This document shows positions 49,101 to 60,779 of a stretch of DNA of 64,000 bases, piece after piece. The notes below the pieces were generated by a model. That model had not been told where the DNA came from, ran no database searches, and worked only from the letters and a program-made list of their open reading frames with translations. The stretch is taken from NCBI GenBank assembly GCA_013239625.1, contig MU055785.1:930001-994000 (forward strand), given 5' to 3'. Source of the DNA: Lama guanicoe (taxonomy: Eukaryota). Each line of letters starts with the position of its first letter. Position 1 is the first letter of the stretch. Made by a program: the position numbers and the translations under genes.

Positions 49101-50342
49101 TCCTGAATCCATGTGAATAGGAAAGGCTGGACCCCTAGGATCTACCCGGAGTTGAAACTGTTATTGAATCTTTATAACAACTCTATGCAGTGGACACTAT
49201 TTCTGTCCCCATTTTATGGATGAGGAAACTGAGGCTCAGAGAGGTCCACACAACCAGAGAAGCTGGGGTTCTAACTGACTCCAGAGCCAAGCTCCTAACA
49301 CTTTTGCTACCGTCACTCCACCTGTTGTAATGTAATCCTTCCAGCAGAGAAAGGAAAACCAGAGGTCTTTGGTTGCGCGATCTTGGGAAAACCTTTTCAC
49401 TTTTCTGAGCCTCAGTTTCCTCACCTGTACGATGGGGGCTCATCAGAGCAGCGTCCCAAGCTGGCCATCCAGTCAGTGCCCTCAACTGTGTGCCTGGCCC
49501 GCATCTAGGGTTCCAGCCCTGTCCACAGCTATCTCTCAGCAAATATTTGTTTGAATTTGTGACCTCTTCTGGGTCTCAGAAGGCAGCCTCCAGGCCCACC
49601 ACCTCCCTCTAATTGGAGGCTGTGGTCTTCCCCAAAGGCACGGCTGGTGAGTCGCAGTAGCCCCGGGAGGCCAGACAGCCCCTGGGTAAACAGGGCTGAT
49701 CTGAGGTGACAGCCGGCTCTTCCCAGGCCAGCCCCTGTCCTGTCCCCACTCCATAATCTGGGCTGTGCCCCCTCAACCCATGGACACGGTGCTTGCCTTG
49801 GGGGCGGGGCACTGGGAATCAGATCAGGCCTTCCCTGGCTCAAGAGAGAGAGGCCCCTGGGATACTTGTTTCTCCTCCTCTGTCTCTTTGCTGTGTGACC
49901 TTGGACAAGCCCTTTCTCCTTTCTTGGGGGGCATTTCCTGGAGTGCTGTTAGGACCACTGGAAGAGAAGGAATAGCTGCTACTGTCATCTTAACGTCCAC
50001 CCGGATGCCCAGTCTCTCACCCAGGGAAGGGGCTTCTCTTGGAGGAGAAGAAAGAGTGCAGGCTTTCAGTGGTCCCACTGCCCAGAACACAAGCCATACA
50101 CTCTCTGAGAGACCACCTTTGAAATCGAGACCTCCTGCAAAGTCACAGGATTTAATATAACCATGGTTCTTGGGCAGTTTCAGAAACCGTAAACAGCACA
50201 GAAACACTTTAAACACTTACAATATGTATGTCGTTCGTTAGTGTTGAAGCCCTCACCTGTATTCCTGTGCAGAGGGGTGGTGATTCTGCGCTGAGTTTCG
50301 AATAATTCCTGACATCGTAGATGAAATGTCACTTTCTATCAT
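30593..50342 (-). CDS. FOXN4: Forkhead box protein N4, complete CDS: 9 coding exons, 1554 nt = 517 aa + stop
   Basis: Exons 50257-50342, 39238-39383, 37257-37381, 37053-37163, 36605-36732, 35897-35993, 34167-34374, 31935-32327, 30593-30852 splice in phase. N-terminus [16 protein letters not shown], forkhead motifs [14 protein letters not shown] and [17 protein letters not shown]-terminus GNKPIALL*. Confidence 0.97.
31540..31780. mobile_element. MIR (representative; further MIR relics near 800, 8350, 11250, 14350, 28350, 32380, 39650, 41330, 43790, 44790, 46800, 48690, 49190)
   Basis: MIR core motif gcctcagtttcc(t/c)catctgtaaaatggg and variants recur through the window. Confidence 0.65.
31935..32327 (-). 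CDS. FOXN4: FOXN4 exon (ELDKLISD...MDFALQ)
   Basis: cag|AG, G|gtgagg, 393 nt. Confidence 0.94.
34114..34147. repeat. (GT)17 microsatellite
   Basis: Perfect dinucleotide run. Confidence 0.95.
34167..34374 (-). CDS. FOXN4: FOXN4 forkhead exon ([15 protein letters not shown]...SMANP)
   Basis: tag|ACG, G|gtgagg, 208 nt. Confidence 0.95.
34760..35235 (-). mobile_element. L1 3' fragment
   Basis: Homologous to the copies at 5699 and 16388. Confidence 0.85.
35897..35993 (-). CDS. FOXN4: FOXN4 forkhead exon ([10 protein letters not shown]...FPYFK)
   Basis: cag|C, AAG|gtgagg, 97 nt. Confidence 0.95.
36605..36732 (-). CDS. FOXN4: FOXN4 exon (CAPMGLY...YPKPIYSY)
   Basis: aag|TGC, AG|gtgagg, 128 nt. 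Confidence 0.9.
37053..37163 (-). CDS. FOXN4: FOXN4 exon (MNQFPVGGQ...PGVQQ)
   Basis: cagcag|ATG (tandem acceptor, alternative start 37166), CAG|gtacca, 111 nt. Confidence 0.88.
37257..37381 (-). CDS. FOXN4: FOXN4 exon (ALARTADLH...NHGAS)
   Basis: cag|GT, AGT|gtaagt, 125 nt. Confidence 0.9.
38145..38365. mobile_element. MER58A-like hAT DNA transposon
   Basis: ggccaaatcagccc...tttttgtaaataaagttttattg...ccctttacagaaaaagtttgctgacccctg. Confidence 0.7.
38440..38612 (-). mobile_element. Short L1 3' fragment
   Basis: gtagttgatttacaatgttgcg... same family. Confidence 0.75.
39238..39383 (-). CDS. FOXN4: FOXN4 exon ([20 protein letters not shown]...HAHP)
   Basis: cag|A, G|gtaggc, 146 nt. Confidence 0.92.
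41147..41317 (+). mobile_element. tRNA-Ala-derived SINE (Vic-1-like) inserted into a MIR
   Basis: TSD gcgtgggctct at 41136-41146 and 41318-41328. Confidence 0.88.
42780..42970. mobile_element. MER3-like hAT DNA transposon
   Basis: agccacatgtggctactga...cacatttcaagtgct...agccacacgtggccagtggct. Confidence 0.65.
45533..45668 (+). mobile_element. tRNA-Ala-derived SINE (Vic-1-like)
   Basis: tRNA head, aaacctaattacctcccc body, A tail, flanking repeat aatagcc. Confidence 0.85.
50257..50342 (-). CDS. FOXN4: FOXN4 first coding exon (MIESDISS...AQEY)
   Basis: Polypyrimidine tract then aag|gagATG; AG|gtgagg donor; 86 coding nt. Confidence 0.92.
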
Positions 50343-51049
50343 CTCCTTGGGGAAAAGACAAGCAGAAAATAGAGCTCCCATCAGCAATGATGTGGACAGG
50401 GCAGAAAACCCATAGTTTTCCCACAACTCAGGACAGAACTCAACAGAACATTTAAAAAAAAAAAAAAAGGCGGGGGTACTAGGGGAGAAAGTACTAGAGA
50501 ATTCCTGGGCGTCACAGGTCACTTTCCCAGGCAATTCTACGGGTTTTAGAAGCAAATGAAGAGAATGGAATGAAATTCCAGGTTCTTTCGAATTAATGGG
50601 GGAAGGGCAGAGGGGCAGAGGAGGGCTCTAGATTCCAAATGTCAAGTCTTGGAAAATGTTGATTTGCAAAATAGGAATCAGAAAAACCTGATTCCCTTCC
50701 AAGTCTAGTACTTTTCATCCGCAGCTCTCTTATAGCTATTTTGGAGATGGAAAAGGACAGCTTGATGTGTCAGGTAAGTTTCTCTGGGGAATCCAAATTC
50801 CCCTTGCAAAGGGTAGTTCCCCGCAGGGATTCCGCCCTGGAAATGCCTTCAGAAATGCCACATGCCCTTGCTGGAAAACCATCCCCACTACTCCACCTCA
50901 CACCCCCATTCCTGCTACACACAAACACAGCCTTTAAAAGAAATCTTCCCTAAGTTTCTCAAACTCTGAGCCTGAAACGAACACAGAAACCCACTAAACA
51001 CTCTCAGATCCGCCCGAAAAGTCATTCAAGGACTCCTGGAAAGGAGAAA

Positions 51050-52480
51050 AGGGGAGTCGAGAGAGGTAGCCCCCGCAGAGAGAGACCCCTGCTCCGGGTA
51101 TCCCCCCAGGAAATGCAATGCAGGGCACTGCCCGGGAGGAAGGAGCAAAGCCGACCCTGCAAGGCGGTACCTGGAGCCGATCCTCGCCGGGCCGCCGCTG
51201 CAGGCGCTCCTGGGGAGGGTGGGGGTTTCGGAGGGGGGCTCCCTCGCGCTCGCCCCTCGCGTTCCGCAATTTGGCCGCCGTCGCAGCTCGAACCGTTTTT
51301 AAATTTCCCTCTCTGGAGCTGTCCAGCTAAGAGCATGCGCAGTAGCCGTGCGGGGGGATTTTCCCCAAGGGTCAGTTACAGGGCAGGGTCAAGGGGATTG
51401 CAGCGGGCGTTTCTCAGCAGCAGCGAGCCTTGCGCGCCCCGGGGCTCCGGGTGGGGTGTGGCGCAGGGGTGGGGACACCCCTCTTCAAACTTTGCCAACA
51501 GTGGCCGCAACTGCATGCCCGCGAGCATGCGTTGAGGAGCAGTGGGAGGGTGATTTAGGCCGTAAGAATTAAGTTGCAAAAGGATGCTGAGTGCATTAAA
51601 ACTTGCAGTCCGTCACTGCCCAGGGAAAGGAGGTGGGTGGCAGCGGAGATCCGTTGCAATCCCTTCTATCCCCCAAAGAGGGGATGGGCCAGGAGGCCGA
51701 GTCGTGGCCCCAGGTAGACGCGGATTCCGGCCACCTGTCCCTTTAAGAAAGTTGCGCCCGCGCGGCTTGGCGCGGCGCGCGGCGGGAGGGGGCAGCGGAG
51801 CCGGGAGCGCTCGCGCCGGGCGCCTCCACCTGCGGGGACCGCTGGAGGGGGCGGGGGGCCGGGCGCGGCGGCCGAGCGCGGGGGCGGCCGGGGTCTGCGC
51901 GCCGCGCCCCCCTGTCCCGCGTGGAGAGTGAGTCGGCCCGGAGCGAGCGTGGCGGGGCCCCGTGGCCCGGCCCACGGCTGCGGGGCTCGGGGTCCCGCGC
52001 CGCCAGCCGAGCCGAGCCGAGCGGAGTCGTTGGGGACCGCCGCCCGCCGGTGCGCCCGCGCTCCCGCCTTCCCCGCCGCCAGGCCCGCGCCGCCCCGCCC
52101 CGCCCCGCGCCCGCCGCGGGAAAGGTGGCGCGGATGGCGGGCGGCGGCGGGGACGAGCGCGGACAAAGGTCCCCCCAGTCGCCTTAGATGGGCCTTGACG
52201 TAGTTTGACCCCCCGAGGAAGTCTGCATTTTCGGTCCCCTCCCTTTTGAGCAAATTATTGGAGTAATTTGCAATGATAACAACAATAATAGTCACAGCCA
52301 TCCTTTATTTATTTCCTTATTTCTGCCGCCTCATTTATCCCTCGCACCAGCCCCGGAGGGGTTAGGATGGTCCCCTTTTTGCACGTGGGGAAACTGAAGC
52401 TCTGGGCGGTAATGAGTGGGGCCAGGACGCACGGGCAGACTCGGGATTCGAACTTAGGCCACGGGGACTGCACACCCCCT
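51050..52480. promoter_or_regulatory. CpG island / FOXN4 promoter
   Basis: Very high GC and CpG density with multiple GC boxes (GGGCGG/CCGCCC), directly 5' of the FOXN4 ATG exon. Confidence 0.88.
51171..51270 (-). other. FOXN4: Putative non-coding first exon of FOXN4
   Basis: The ATG exon has its own splice acceptor, so an upstream exon is needed. Candidate donor CAG|gtaccg at 51171/51170 and TATA-like TTTAAAAA at 51303-51296; the TSS is estimated. Confidence 0.5.
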
Positions 52481-55066
52481 GCGCCTGTATGTGGACGTTA
52501 GACTCAGGTCTGCACCTCTGGCCGAGTCAGGCTCGGCATCCTGAGATTCTCGAGGCTGTCTTCACGTTGTTTATTTGTCCCGTAGCGGGCAGGGGAACCG
52601 CGCCTCCGCACCTGTGGTAGGGAAGCCTTTCCGACCCTCTGTTTCTGTTCAAGAAGCAGCCAGGGCTCCCTAGGCTGGGTGTACCTGGATTTCATTTTTC
52701 ATTCAGGTAGGCTGGGACCTTGGCGCTGGTCCATGTCCCCAGTGTCTTTCTTGTAGCACCTGGTCGCCCTTACTCCTTTCTTCTCTGCCAGGAGTAAATA
52801 GATCACCTTGCATTCTCTAGGGGGAAAATGTAATTTACAGATGTTAGTGAAGATCATGGTCATGAAACTTCGGCAATTTCCATCTCTCTCCGACCTGCAT
52901 ATATTGAAACTGTGTTTTGATCAGTTATAAAGGTAGTTTATATTGCTCTCAATGTCCCTGAATGACCTACAATTAATTCAGGGGTTAAGTTGTAAGCATT
53001 CAAAGCATTTGGGTTTATTTCTGTTAATCCTTAATGGAGTTGTCGGTAAATTGGGGGAGGGGTGACTTGACAGCCTCCTTTTGAAGTAATAGTCCTTTGT
53101 ATTTCAGGTATGATTTTGTATCTTTACAGTGGCTTGGAAAGAGTCTTCTGAACCTTGATGGATTCAGTAAAGCTTGGAAAATAACAGGCAGACAGTCTGA
53201 GTTCTGTAGACTTAGTCACTATGGAAAAGAGTAGCAAAGACCTTTCACTAAAGGACAAAACATTTTTTAAAAATAGAGATTCAGGATGTTCTGGGCAGCC
53301 CTCAAACCTCAACCCCCTTTTCCTTGGGAACTTGGCTCTTCTGTGTGGATTTTTGGCTGGTGACTGTATCATTTCCCTAAAGGGTTGAGATTTTGAGTTC
53401 TTTGCTTCAGGATTGCTTGGTGAAAATATTGCCCCCCAAACGCCTACTGTTAGAGTTATTCAGAAAACCGTGGTAACTTAGCAGAAATTCTTCTTTTGTT
53501 AGGTTAATGTAGTTTTCCCTTTTATAAATGTATGGTATTTCTCAAGCCTGATGAATTATAAGAGCCACCTGGGGTGAAATTAGAACTATAAAAGGGAAGA
53601 GCTGGGGAATCCTTGTTTTTTAACAAGAGTCTCAGGTGAGTCTCTGATCCAGTAAGTGTGGGCACCTGTACCAGGTGAGCACCTTACCTTTTTTTAAGTA
53701 AAAGAATGTGAAATTCACCTGTTTTCATAGGTGTATAGCACGTTATCATTTGCTTCTGGCCTCGGAGAGCCTCAGATTGGTTCTGAATTTGCACCCGCTT
53801 CCCTGCCAACAAGATTTCCAGAAGGCTCAACAGAAACCCAGTTCATCAGTCTTCTAATTATACAGGAAATGCAGAAGGAAGCAAAAACAATAGGTACATG
53901 GCTTTTCTGTTTACTCTCTGGTTTGACGTAGAAAAGAATGTTCCAACCTGGGCCAGTATTTCTGAAGTTTTGGTAGTTGAGTGGCATACATATATTGTTT
54001 GCCTGGTCTTTCCAGAGCTCGGGTGCCCAGGGCTATGTAAGAAATGTTTGTTTATGATATTGATGGTGAGCTTAAAACCAACACAGTCATAACTGGGAAG
54101 ACCAGTTCCTCATATGCAACAGTGTTGATATAGAAGGATTGAAAACAGCTAACTGGCTTAGCAAGTTTAAAGCAGATTTTGTTTGACCAAGAAGAAGCTC
54201 AATTTTATTTCAGGCTGTGACTGTTTCTCCTTTGTCGTAAGTTCTTGATTTTTGGGGGGCTTTGCTTATTGTTCTGATTTCTGGTAGCGAGGAGTCGAAG
54301 GGAGCATGGTCAGGAATACATGATTTGCAGCAATAAATCAGCCCTTCCTTTTCTCCACTCTGATTCACTGGCTGGCAGAGTGAACCACAGGGCTTCTCTA
54401 TGAAGCAGAAATATCACGGCGCTTTTTCACAAATGACCTCTCTAGGCCACAACGCCCTGAGCTGTGTCTGACACACAGTAGCTACTTGGGAGACTTACAG
54501 GTTTTTAAAAAAAAAAAATTGTTTCTTGCTTTGTCAATTGCTAAAAACTAGTCAGGTGGCGTTTTCCCATAAAAAGAAAAGTTCTCACCGGAAGGCTTAT
54601 CCAGTTGTTACTCCCCAAGGTTCATGCCACCTCTGAAAGTAATTTCTGATTCTGATTTCCTAAGATGTTGGTTCCACGTCACTGTGAAGCCACTATTTGG
54701 TGTCTAAACACAGCTTCTGCAGATGGGAGTGCAGAACCCCGGGCACTGGTCTCTTTTGCTCCTGTTGGCATGACTGCAGAATGATTCTTCGGGCTTGCCT
54801 TTGTAGAGGAATTGCTGCTTATCATTGCTGGCCTCCCTCTTACTTAATCAAAGGATGCTAAATCCTTGGATGTTTCCAGGAGGGGAATACTGTAAAGTTT
54901 CTGTATCTTGATGATATTCTACTGCCTCTGCCCCCAGATCAATCAATCACTGTCTGGTTCTGCTCCTCAGAAAGGTGGTTGATAGCTAATAAAATTTCAC
55001 TTTTTAATGAGTGGGACCCTTGAATGTGTTCCAAGCAGGTTGTTGAAGCTCTTCCTTCTTCCCTTT

Positions 55067-55254
55067 TTTTTTTTTTAAATATATTTTATCTTTTTAGGGG
55101 GGATATAATTAGCTTTACTTATTTATTTTTAGAGGAGGTACTGGGAATTAGGTTTAATTACTTATTTTATTTTTAGAGGAGGGACTGGGGATTGAACCCA
55201 CGACCTTGTGTGTGCTAAGCATGCACTCTACCACTTGAGCTACACCCTCCCCTG
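55067..55254 (-). mobile_element. tRNA-Ala-derived SINE (Vic-1-like) with internal duplication
   Basis: TSD cttcttcccttt at 55055-55066 and 55255-55266. Confidence 0.88.
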
Positions 55255-55504
55255 CTTCTTCCCTTTATAATAACCTAATTTAGTTGTTGCTTTGGGCACT
55301 ATGTCTCGGCATTTCTTTCTGAAATTTTTTTTTCACTTGAGTGCTTTTTTTTTTTTTCTTTTGAGAATTTTTTGAGTGTCAGGAGGATAAAACCCAGAGA
55401 CCTTTCCGTCTGTGATGTCCCAAAACCGAATTGAGGTCACCAGGTTGTAGGTTCCAGGGCTTATTTTTAAGGAGGATAAGGAAAAACTTTCTAACAAGAA
55501 GAGC

Positions 55505-55775
55505 ATAAATTGGGAGTTTGGGGGTTTGTAGATACTAACTACTGTGTATAAAATAGATAAACAACAAGGCCCCACTGTAGACCACAGGGAGCTCTACTTA
55601 ATACCTTGTCATGGCCTGTAATGAAAAAGAATATGAAAAGGAATATATATATATGTATAAATGAATCACTGTGCCGCACACCGTCAGTTAACACAACAGT
55701 GTAAATCGACTACTTCAGTAAAAAAATTTTTTTTTAAATTTTTAAAGTAAAGTAAGTTTAAAAAAAAAAAAAAGA
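55505..55775 (+). mobile_element. L1 3' fragment with A tail
   Basis: Reverse complement of the same L1 3' end, followed by poly-A. Confidence 0.8.
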
Positions 55776-58700
55776 ACACTCCGAGGCCAGCCTGTCTCCT
55801 CTGATGGTGGAAAGTGCCCTCGATCCAGCTGTTGATGCAGAGACCGGCAAGAGGTAAAGGGGTTCACAAACGAGAGACAAGTCAGCTTAGACCTCTGAGG
55901 TCCACCCTCTGCCCAGATTCCATGAAATTCTACTCTTCATTCTTGAATTTCAGTGCCAAGTCCATGTACATCAGTGGCAAACTTTCCGTTGAACGTGGAC
56001 AATCGAGTTTCTGTTCCTTTAACAGATGACCACATTTGAAACTACTGGCCAGTTGTCCTTCCATTCGGCTTCAAGTTTAAAACCACAAAACAAAAATTTT
56101 GAGACTAAAACGGGTTCCTGGAATGAGAATGTTTTAAGAAGCTGCGTTATCTCTTGGCTTGGTTATCTCCATTATATTGATGCTAACTGATGCTCATCTG
56201 GCCCTGAAAGACTTTTGAAATACTTTTGGACTCAAAAAAGACACATCAGATTATTTAGCGTAATCTTAACCTTAAACATATTTTATTTGTGGAAAGTAAA
56301 TAATCACAATCATTTTAACACAGCAGCCGATATAAATTTGAATATTTAGAACCACCCGTTCCCTGCAGACTCTGCAAATGTGGTGACAGCCCCCTAGGAG
56401 GAGCGCTTTGTAGTGGCTCAGCTGTGAGGCCAACCAGGGGTCAAGTCTCAGCGCTGTCCCTCCCTTCTGAGTGGCTTTGGGGTAAGTTATTCCCATAACT
56501 TTGTTTCCCCACTTCTAAAAAAGAAACATGACAAGACCCATCTTTCAGGTCTGCGTGAAACTTGGAGATGGCGTTTGATGTACAGAAGGTGCCCAAGCCA
56601 ACCAGGGCTGTTTCCAGGTGGCTTCGTGTTTCTTAGAGTTCTCATTGCTCCGTAGCTCGATTCTCTGGGAGAAACAGAGGAATCAGTGGACTTACTCTGG
56701 GAAGCGGTCTCAACTTTTTAAATCAATGGAGTCTGGATTTACCATAGTTCTCTAGTCATCTGAAGGGTTGGACACAGCCTTTTTCTGGCATCCGGGGAGG
56801 AACTAGTGTAGATTCCCTCAACTTAATGCTGTTTTCAGTACTAAAAAAATATCCAAGGCCTTTACCTTCTGCCCCAATCCATAATCTTACCCAGTCTAAG
56901 CCCTTATCTTCATTTATCCACCAGGAAATGCCGTTCCGCAATCACCATTTGGGGAAAACTCTTGCCCCTAGATTCTGCACTTGATTTAATCTGCCTGCTG
57001 TATATACTTTGTAATGTGTATGTATTTATTTTCTCAGATTGCACAGGGTATATTGCTCCAGCCTCTAGATCTATGTTATGGCTGCAGTTAAGTGCAATTC
57101 CACATCTCACCTGAGTCTACGTTATTAAACAGAACTATGGTGATCACACTGGACTACATTCTGTTTTCTTTGCATGTCTTTTTCTATTGGTTTCTGGCAG
57201 GCATCCTCAACCAGGGGTCTGCAGGCCCCACGCAGGCACAGACAGACTTTGTTTGGCTCGTGGGCTTTCTTTTTAAAAAAACCTTGAATTAGAAGCCAGG
57301 CTGTAAAAAGTCCTTCAAGATGGGATTTCCAGCTTTTCTTGAAAAATCTTAAAAATTGACCACACTCGGCCCACTGTCCCCAGAGGGAGCCCTCAGCTGG
57401 GATCGAATGCAGCTGCCCCTGGTTAGAGGGACAGTCACACCCTCTCAGGTTTGCCGCAGCCTCCACCACTCCTTGTCACCCAGCCCCACGACCAAGGTCT
57501 CTGCCATTTGACTCTGACCATGTTTTCATTGGTCTTTGTTGTTTTTCTTACAATAGTGAAGACTATTGTAAAATGGTTTGTGTGCCCATGTTGCTAATTA
57601 AACCCTCCGAAAGACTGTCAGTAGCTAGTAAATCTAATGAGCTATCCTTTTTGGACAGCTTACTCTGCTCAACTTGTGCTAAGTGCTTTGCACATCTTTC
57701 TTGGTCCTCACAATGCTGTGAGGTAGGTGTGATTATGCCCATACGAGAGATGAGGAATTCTACCTGATGGCAGCAGAGGATGGAGACACGATCTGCAGGT
57801 CCCCGTCTTCCTACTTTTCTGCACTGAGTGGCTTCCGATGGACAGGACAATTTAGACACCTTTTTTTTTTTTTTTATGATGCATGGCTTGGGACAACGCG
57901 TGTCCCACTGGTAAGGATTCAGCTCCACCCCCAGAAAATTGCTGGTTCCCATACTGCTTCCATAAATGTCATAGACAATTAGTTTCTGGGGTAGATCATA
58001 ATCAAAATGGAATTGAGCAAACTTTGTAACAGTTGAACAGGATCCAGCATCTCAACCATCTGATCCCTAAAAGGGAACATTTGACCCCACCATAAAATGT
58101 TCAGGAAAATAAAATTGCTGTATTCTTTTCAATCTAATGGAAAGGCTTAAAGGCTTCATTCTTAGTAAAGTATACAAAAATGGCTCAGTGTTTGGGATCC
58201 TTACCGCAATCAGTCTTGATTACGAGTAACATGCTCTTTGGGATCCTATATGTTAAAATTCATAGCATTACAACTTTTGGAATAACACCTTTTGCGTAAC
58301 AGACTGAGACGTGAAAGGGTCCCTCAGGAATACATTCTCTGCACGCTTCAAGCCGGCTCTTTTTAATATCACAGACTGATTTCTGAGGCTCCTCATTTGT
58401 CTACCAAAAGCTTTCAACAGTTCTTTGCCCAACAGAGAATCCAAACTCAGATTTTTTTTCCCCCACAAGCTCCTTTATTCTGCGAACACCAAACAGCCCT
58501 GAGTGGTTTTAAAAGACTACTCAGAGAACGCTTTGCCGTTCAGATCCTGTCCCCCAGTAACAAAAAGCAGTGTGTTCCCTTGCTAAAACCCCCTTCCCAA
58601 GGTTCTGGACTGGGTTGCTTTTTCTCCCCCCATATCTCTTTCTATTTGTGTCCAAAGCGAAGTGAATGTAAAACAGCACACAAACTTTCCGCTTTTTATT

Positions 58701-59431
58701 GCAAGGTAACAATCCTGGCTGTTTGTTTTAGAAATGGTAATGTTGTATCATTGTAACAAATTATACTTAAAAATCATTTAGTGTGAAATTGCAGATTAAT
58801 CCCATAGGGACGGGGTATTAACAATCACCCAGCCCTTTGGAGCATACAGATGGTGAATCTGGGATTTACAATAGGAACAATCGCTGATTACATGCATGGG
58901 TGTAACGGACAGAAAGACCTCCACAACTTCAGCCTGGGGAATACGGTGGAGGTCCTAGCGCCTGACTTGTTCGGGATGCCCAGTCCCTAAGAATGCCTGC
59001 CTGGGTTTCATCGCCTAGGCTGTGTGAGATTCTGCAGTGCCTTCTGTGTGCTCTGAAACCTACTGGGTGCCTATGCAGAAGGCTCCTCCCAGTGTGCTTA
59101 GCTTTACCTCTTCTAAATTCCATTAGAATGTGTGTAAAGAGCGACTTCACAGTGGCAGGCAGTGGGAATTCGGCAGATGTGCCCAGTGGAGAGAACTCAT
59201 TATCAAAACCAATACCTGCTGTTCACTGATCTCCAGGAAGAAAGTTGTCGTGGACTTGGGGCTGAGGTTGGGGCTCTCTGCTTCGGAAATTTATCTGCAC
59301 CAGAGATGAAAAGGACTCCTAAATACAACGCCCCTGATTATGAAACTGTCATTTTGCCGAGTCACAGACTTAAAACCCCACGGCATGCTTAATGCTGACA
59401 TTTAAAATGGCACACTTGTACACACAGTCTT

Positions 59432-59581
59432 TTTTTTTTTTAATTTATTTTTTGTTTAGGGGGGAGGTAATTAGGTTTATTTACTTATTTATTTGTTTTA
59501 ATGGAGGTACTGGGGATTGAACCCAGGACCTCATGCAAACTAAGCACGCGCTCTATCACTGAGCTATGCCCTGCCTCTTAG
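59432..59581 (-). mobile_element. tRNA-Ala-derived SINE (Vic-1-like)
   Basis: TSD acacagtctt at 59422-59431 and 59582-59591. Confidence 0.88.
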
Positions 59582-59862
59582 ACACAGTCTTGAATACAGC
59601 CCACATTACAGCAGTTGACCAGCTAAGTTCATTCTTGGGACTTTGAACTAAAGAAGTAAGGGTATTTTCTTTTATTATATTTTTAAAATAAATGTTCACA
59701 AAATTTTAAAATCAGAACATAGCCATTTCAGTGGTAATTTAGATTCATATGTAACATCTGTATGTAACAACGTAAGTTCTCCCCCCCAAAATCTCTGGTT
59801 TGATTTTAGCTGCAAAGGTGAGAAATAACTTTCCAATCAGGAAAATAAGTTGTCTCAGGGAA

Positions 59863-59893
<31 letters not shown>

Positions 59894-60779
59894 CCCAAAG
59901 CCTGAATGCTTAAAAGAACTTAAGTCTCTTGGCTTTTTAGGACTTGTTTCTCAAAAACCAAACAAACCCTTTTATCCAAATGAACTGTTTATGCTGCGTA
60001 TCCTTTCTCCGAACACTGTTGTGTTACAGAGCTCAGAACAGAAGTGCAAGTGAATGCTGTTTTCCTGTCTGGCTGCAAAAACTATTTTGCTTTTAGGCAT
60101 ATGCACCCTACGTGGATTTTATTGCTTTTCCTGAACCTGGGGATTTGTAACAGTGATGGGCGAGCTGAGCGATAACGGCCATGTCCTCTATTGGACCAAT
60201 TAATTACCCTCCCAGAAGGGTTTGGCAGCCCTGTCTTGAGGGGATGCTTGTAAGCTGCTCAGGATTATTCCAAAGATGCTTGGCAACTGGCCCTTACTTC
60301 AGTCCTGTTTCTCAGGCGCTGGGTTGGATCATGGCTTGCTCAGAATGATCAATGTGGCCTTTCTTGTCACCATTATCAATGACATGAGTAACGTGGACTG
60401 AGGCAAGACTCATTCCTTGGACAAAGTCTGTCAGGTTATGCTCTGTCACATTCCTTGTTGGGGTTTTAGAATTCACATGTTAAGTCACCAATACCTTAAT
60501 TTATCCACCTGATTTTCTCCAGTCTGGACAATGAGAACAGCAAGCAAAAAAGAACTGGGCTGTTGGTGGGAGAGGGGCCCGGAAGGGTGGGGGTTGGGGT
60601 AAGGTGTCTGTAAAAACTTGTGTCAGTGAAATACACTTCACAACACTGTATTATATAGTTAAAACCTTAGTAGCTCTCATGTTAAATGTTCTTACTACAA
60701 TAAATAAGTAAGAAGTAAGTAAGTAAATAAATGTTGTTATATGCTGCTTAAAAAAATGCTGAATTAATCCAAGATTGGT

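Noticed and set aside
51113-52301. Several Arg/Pro/Ala/Gly-rich ORFs in both directions
   Set aside because: Expected by-product of CpG-island composition
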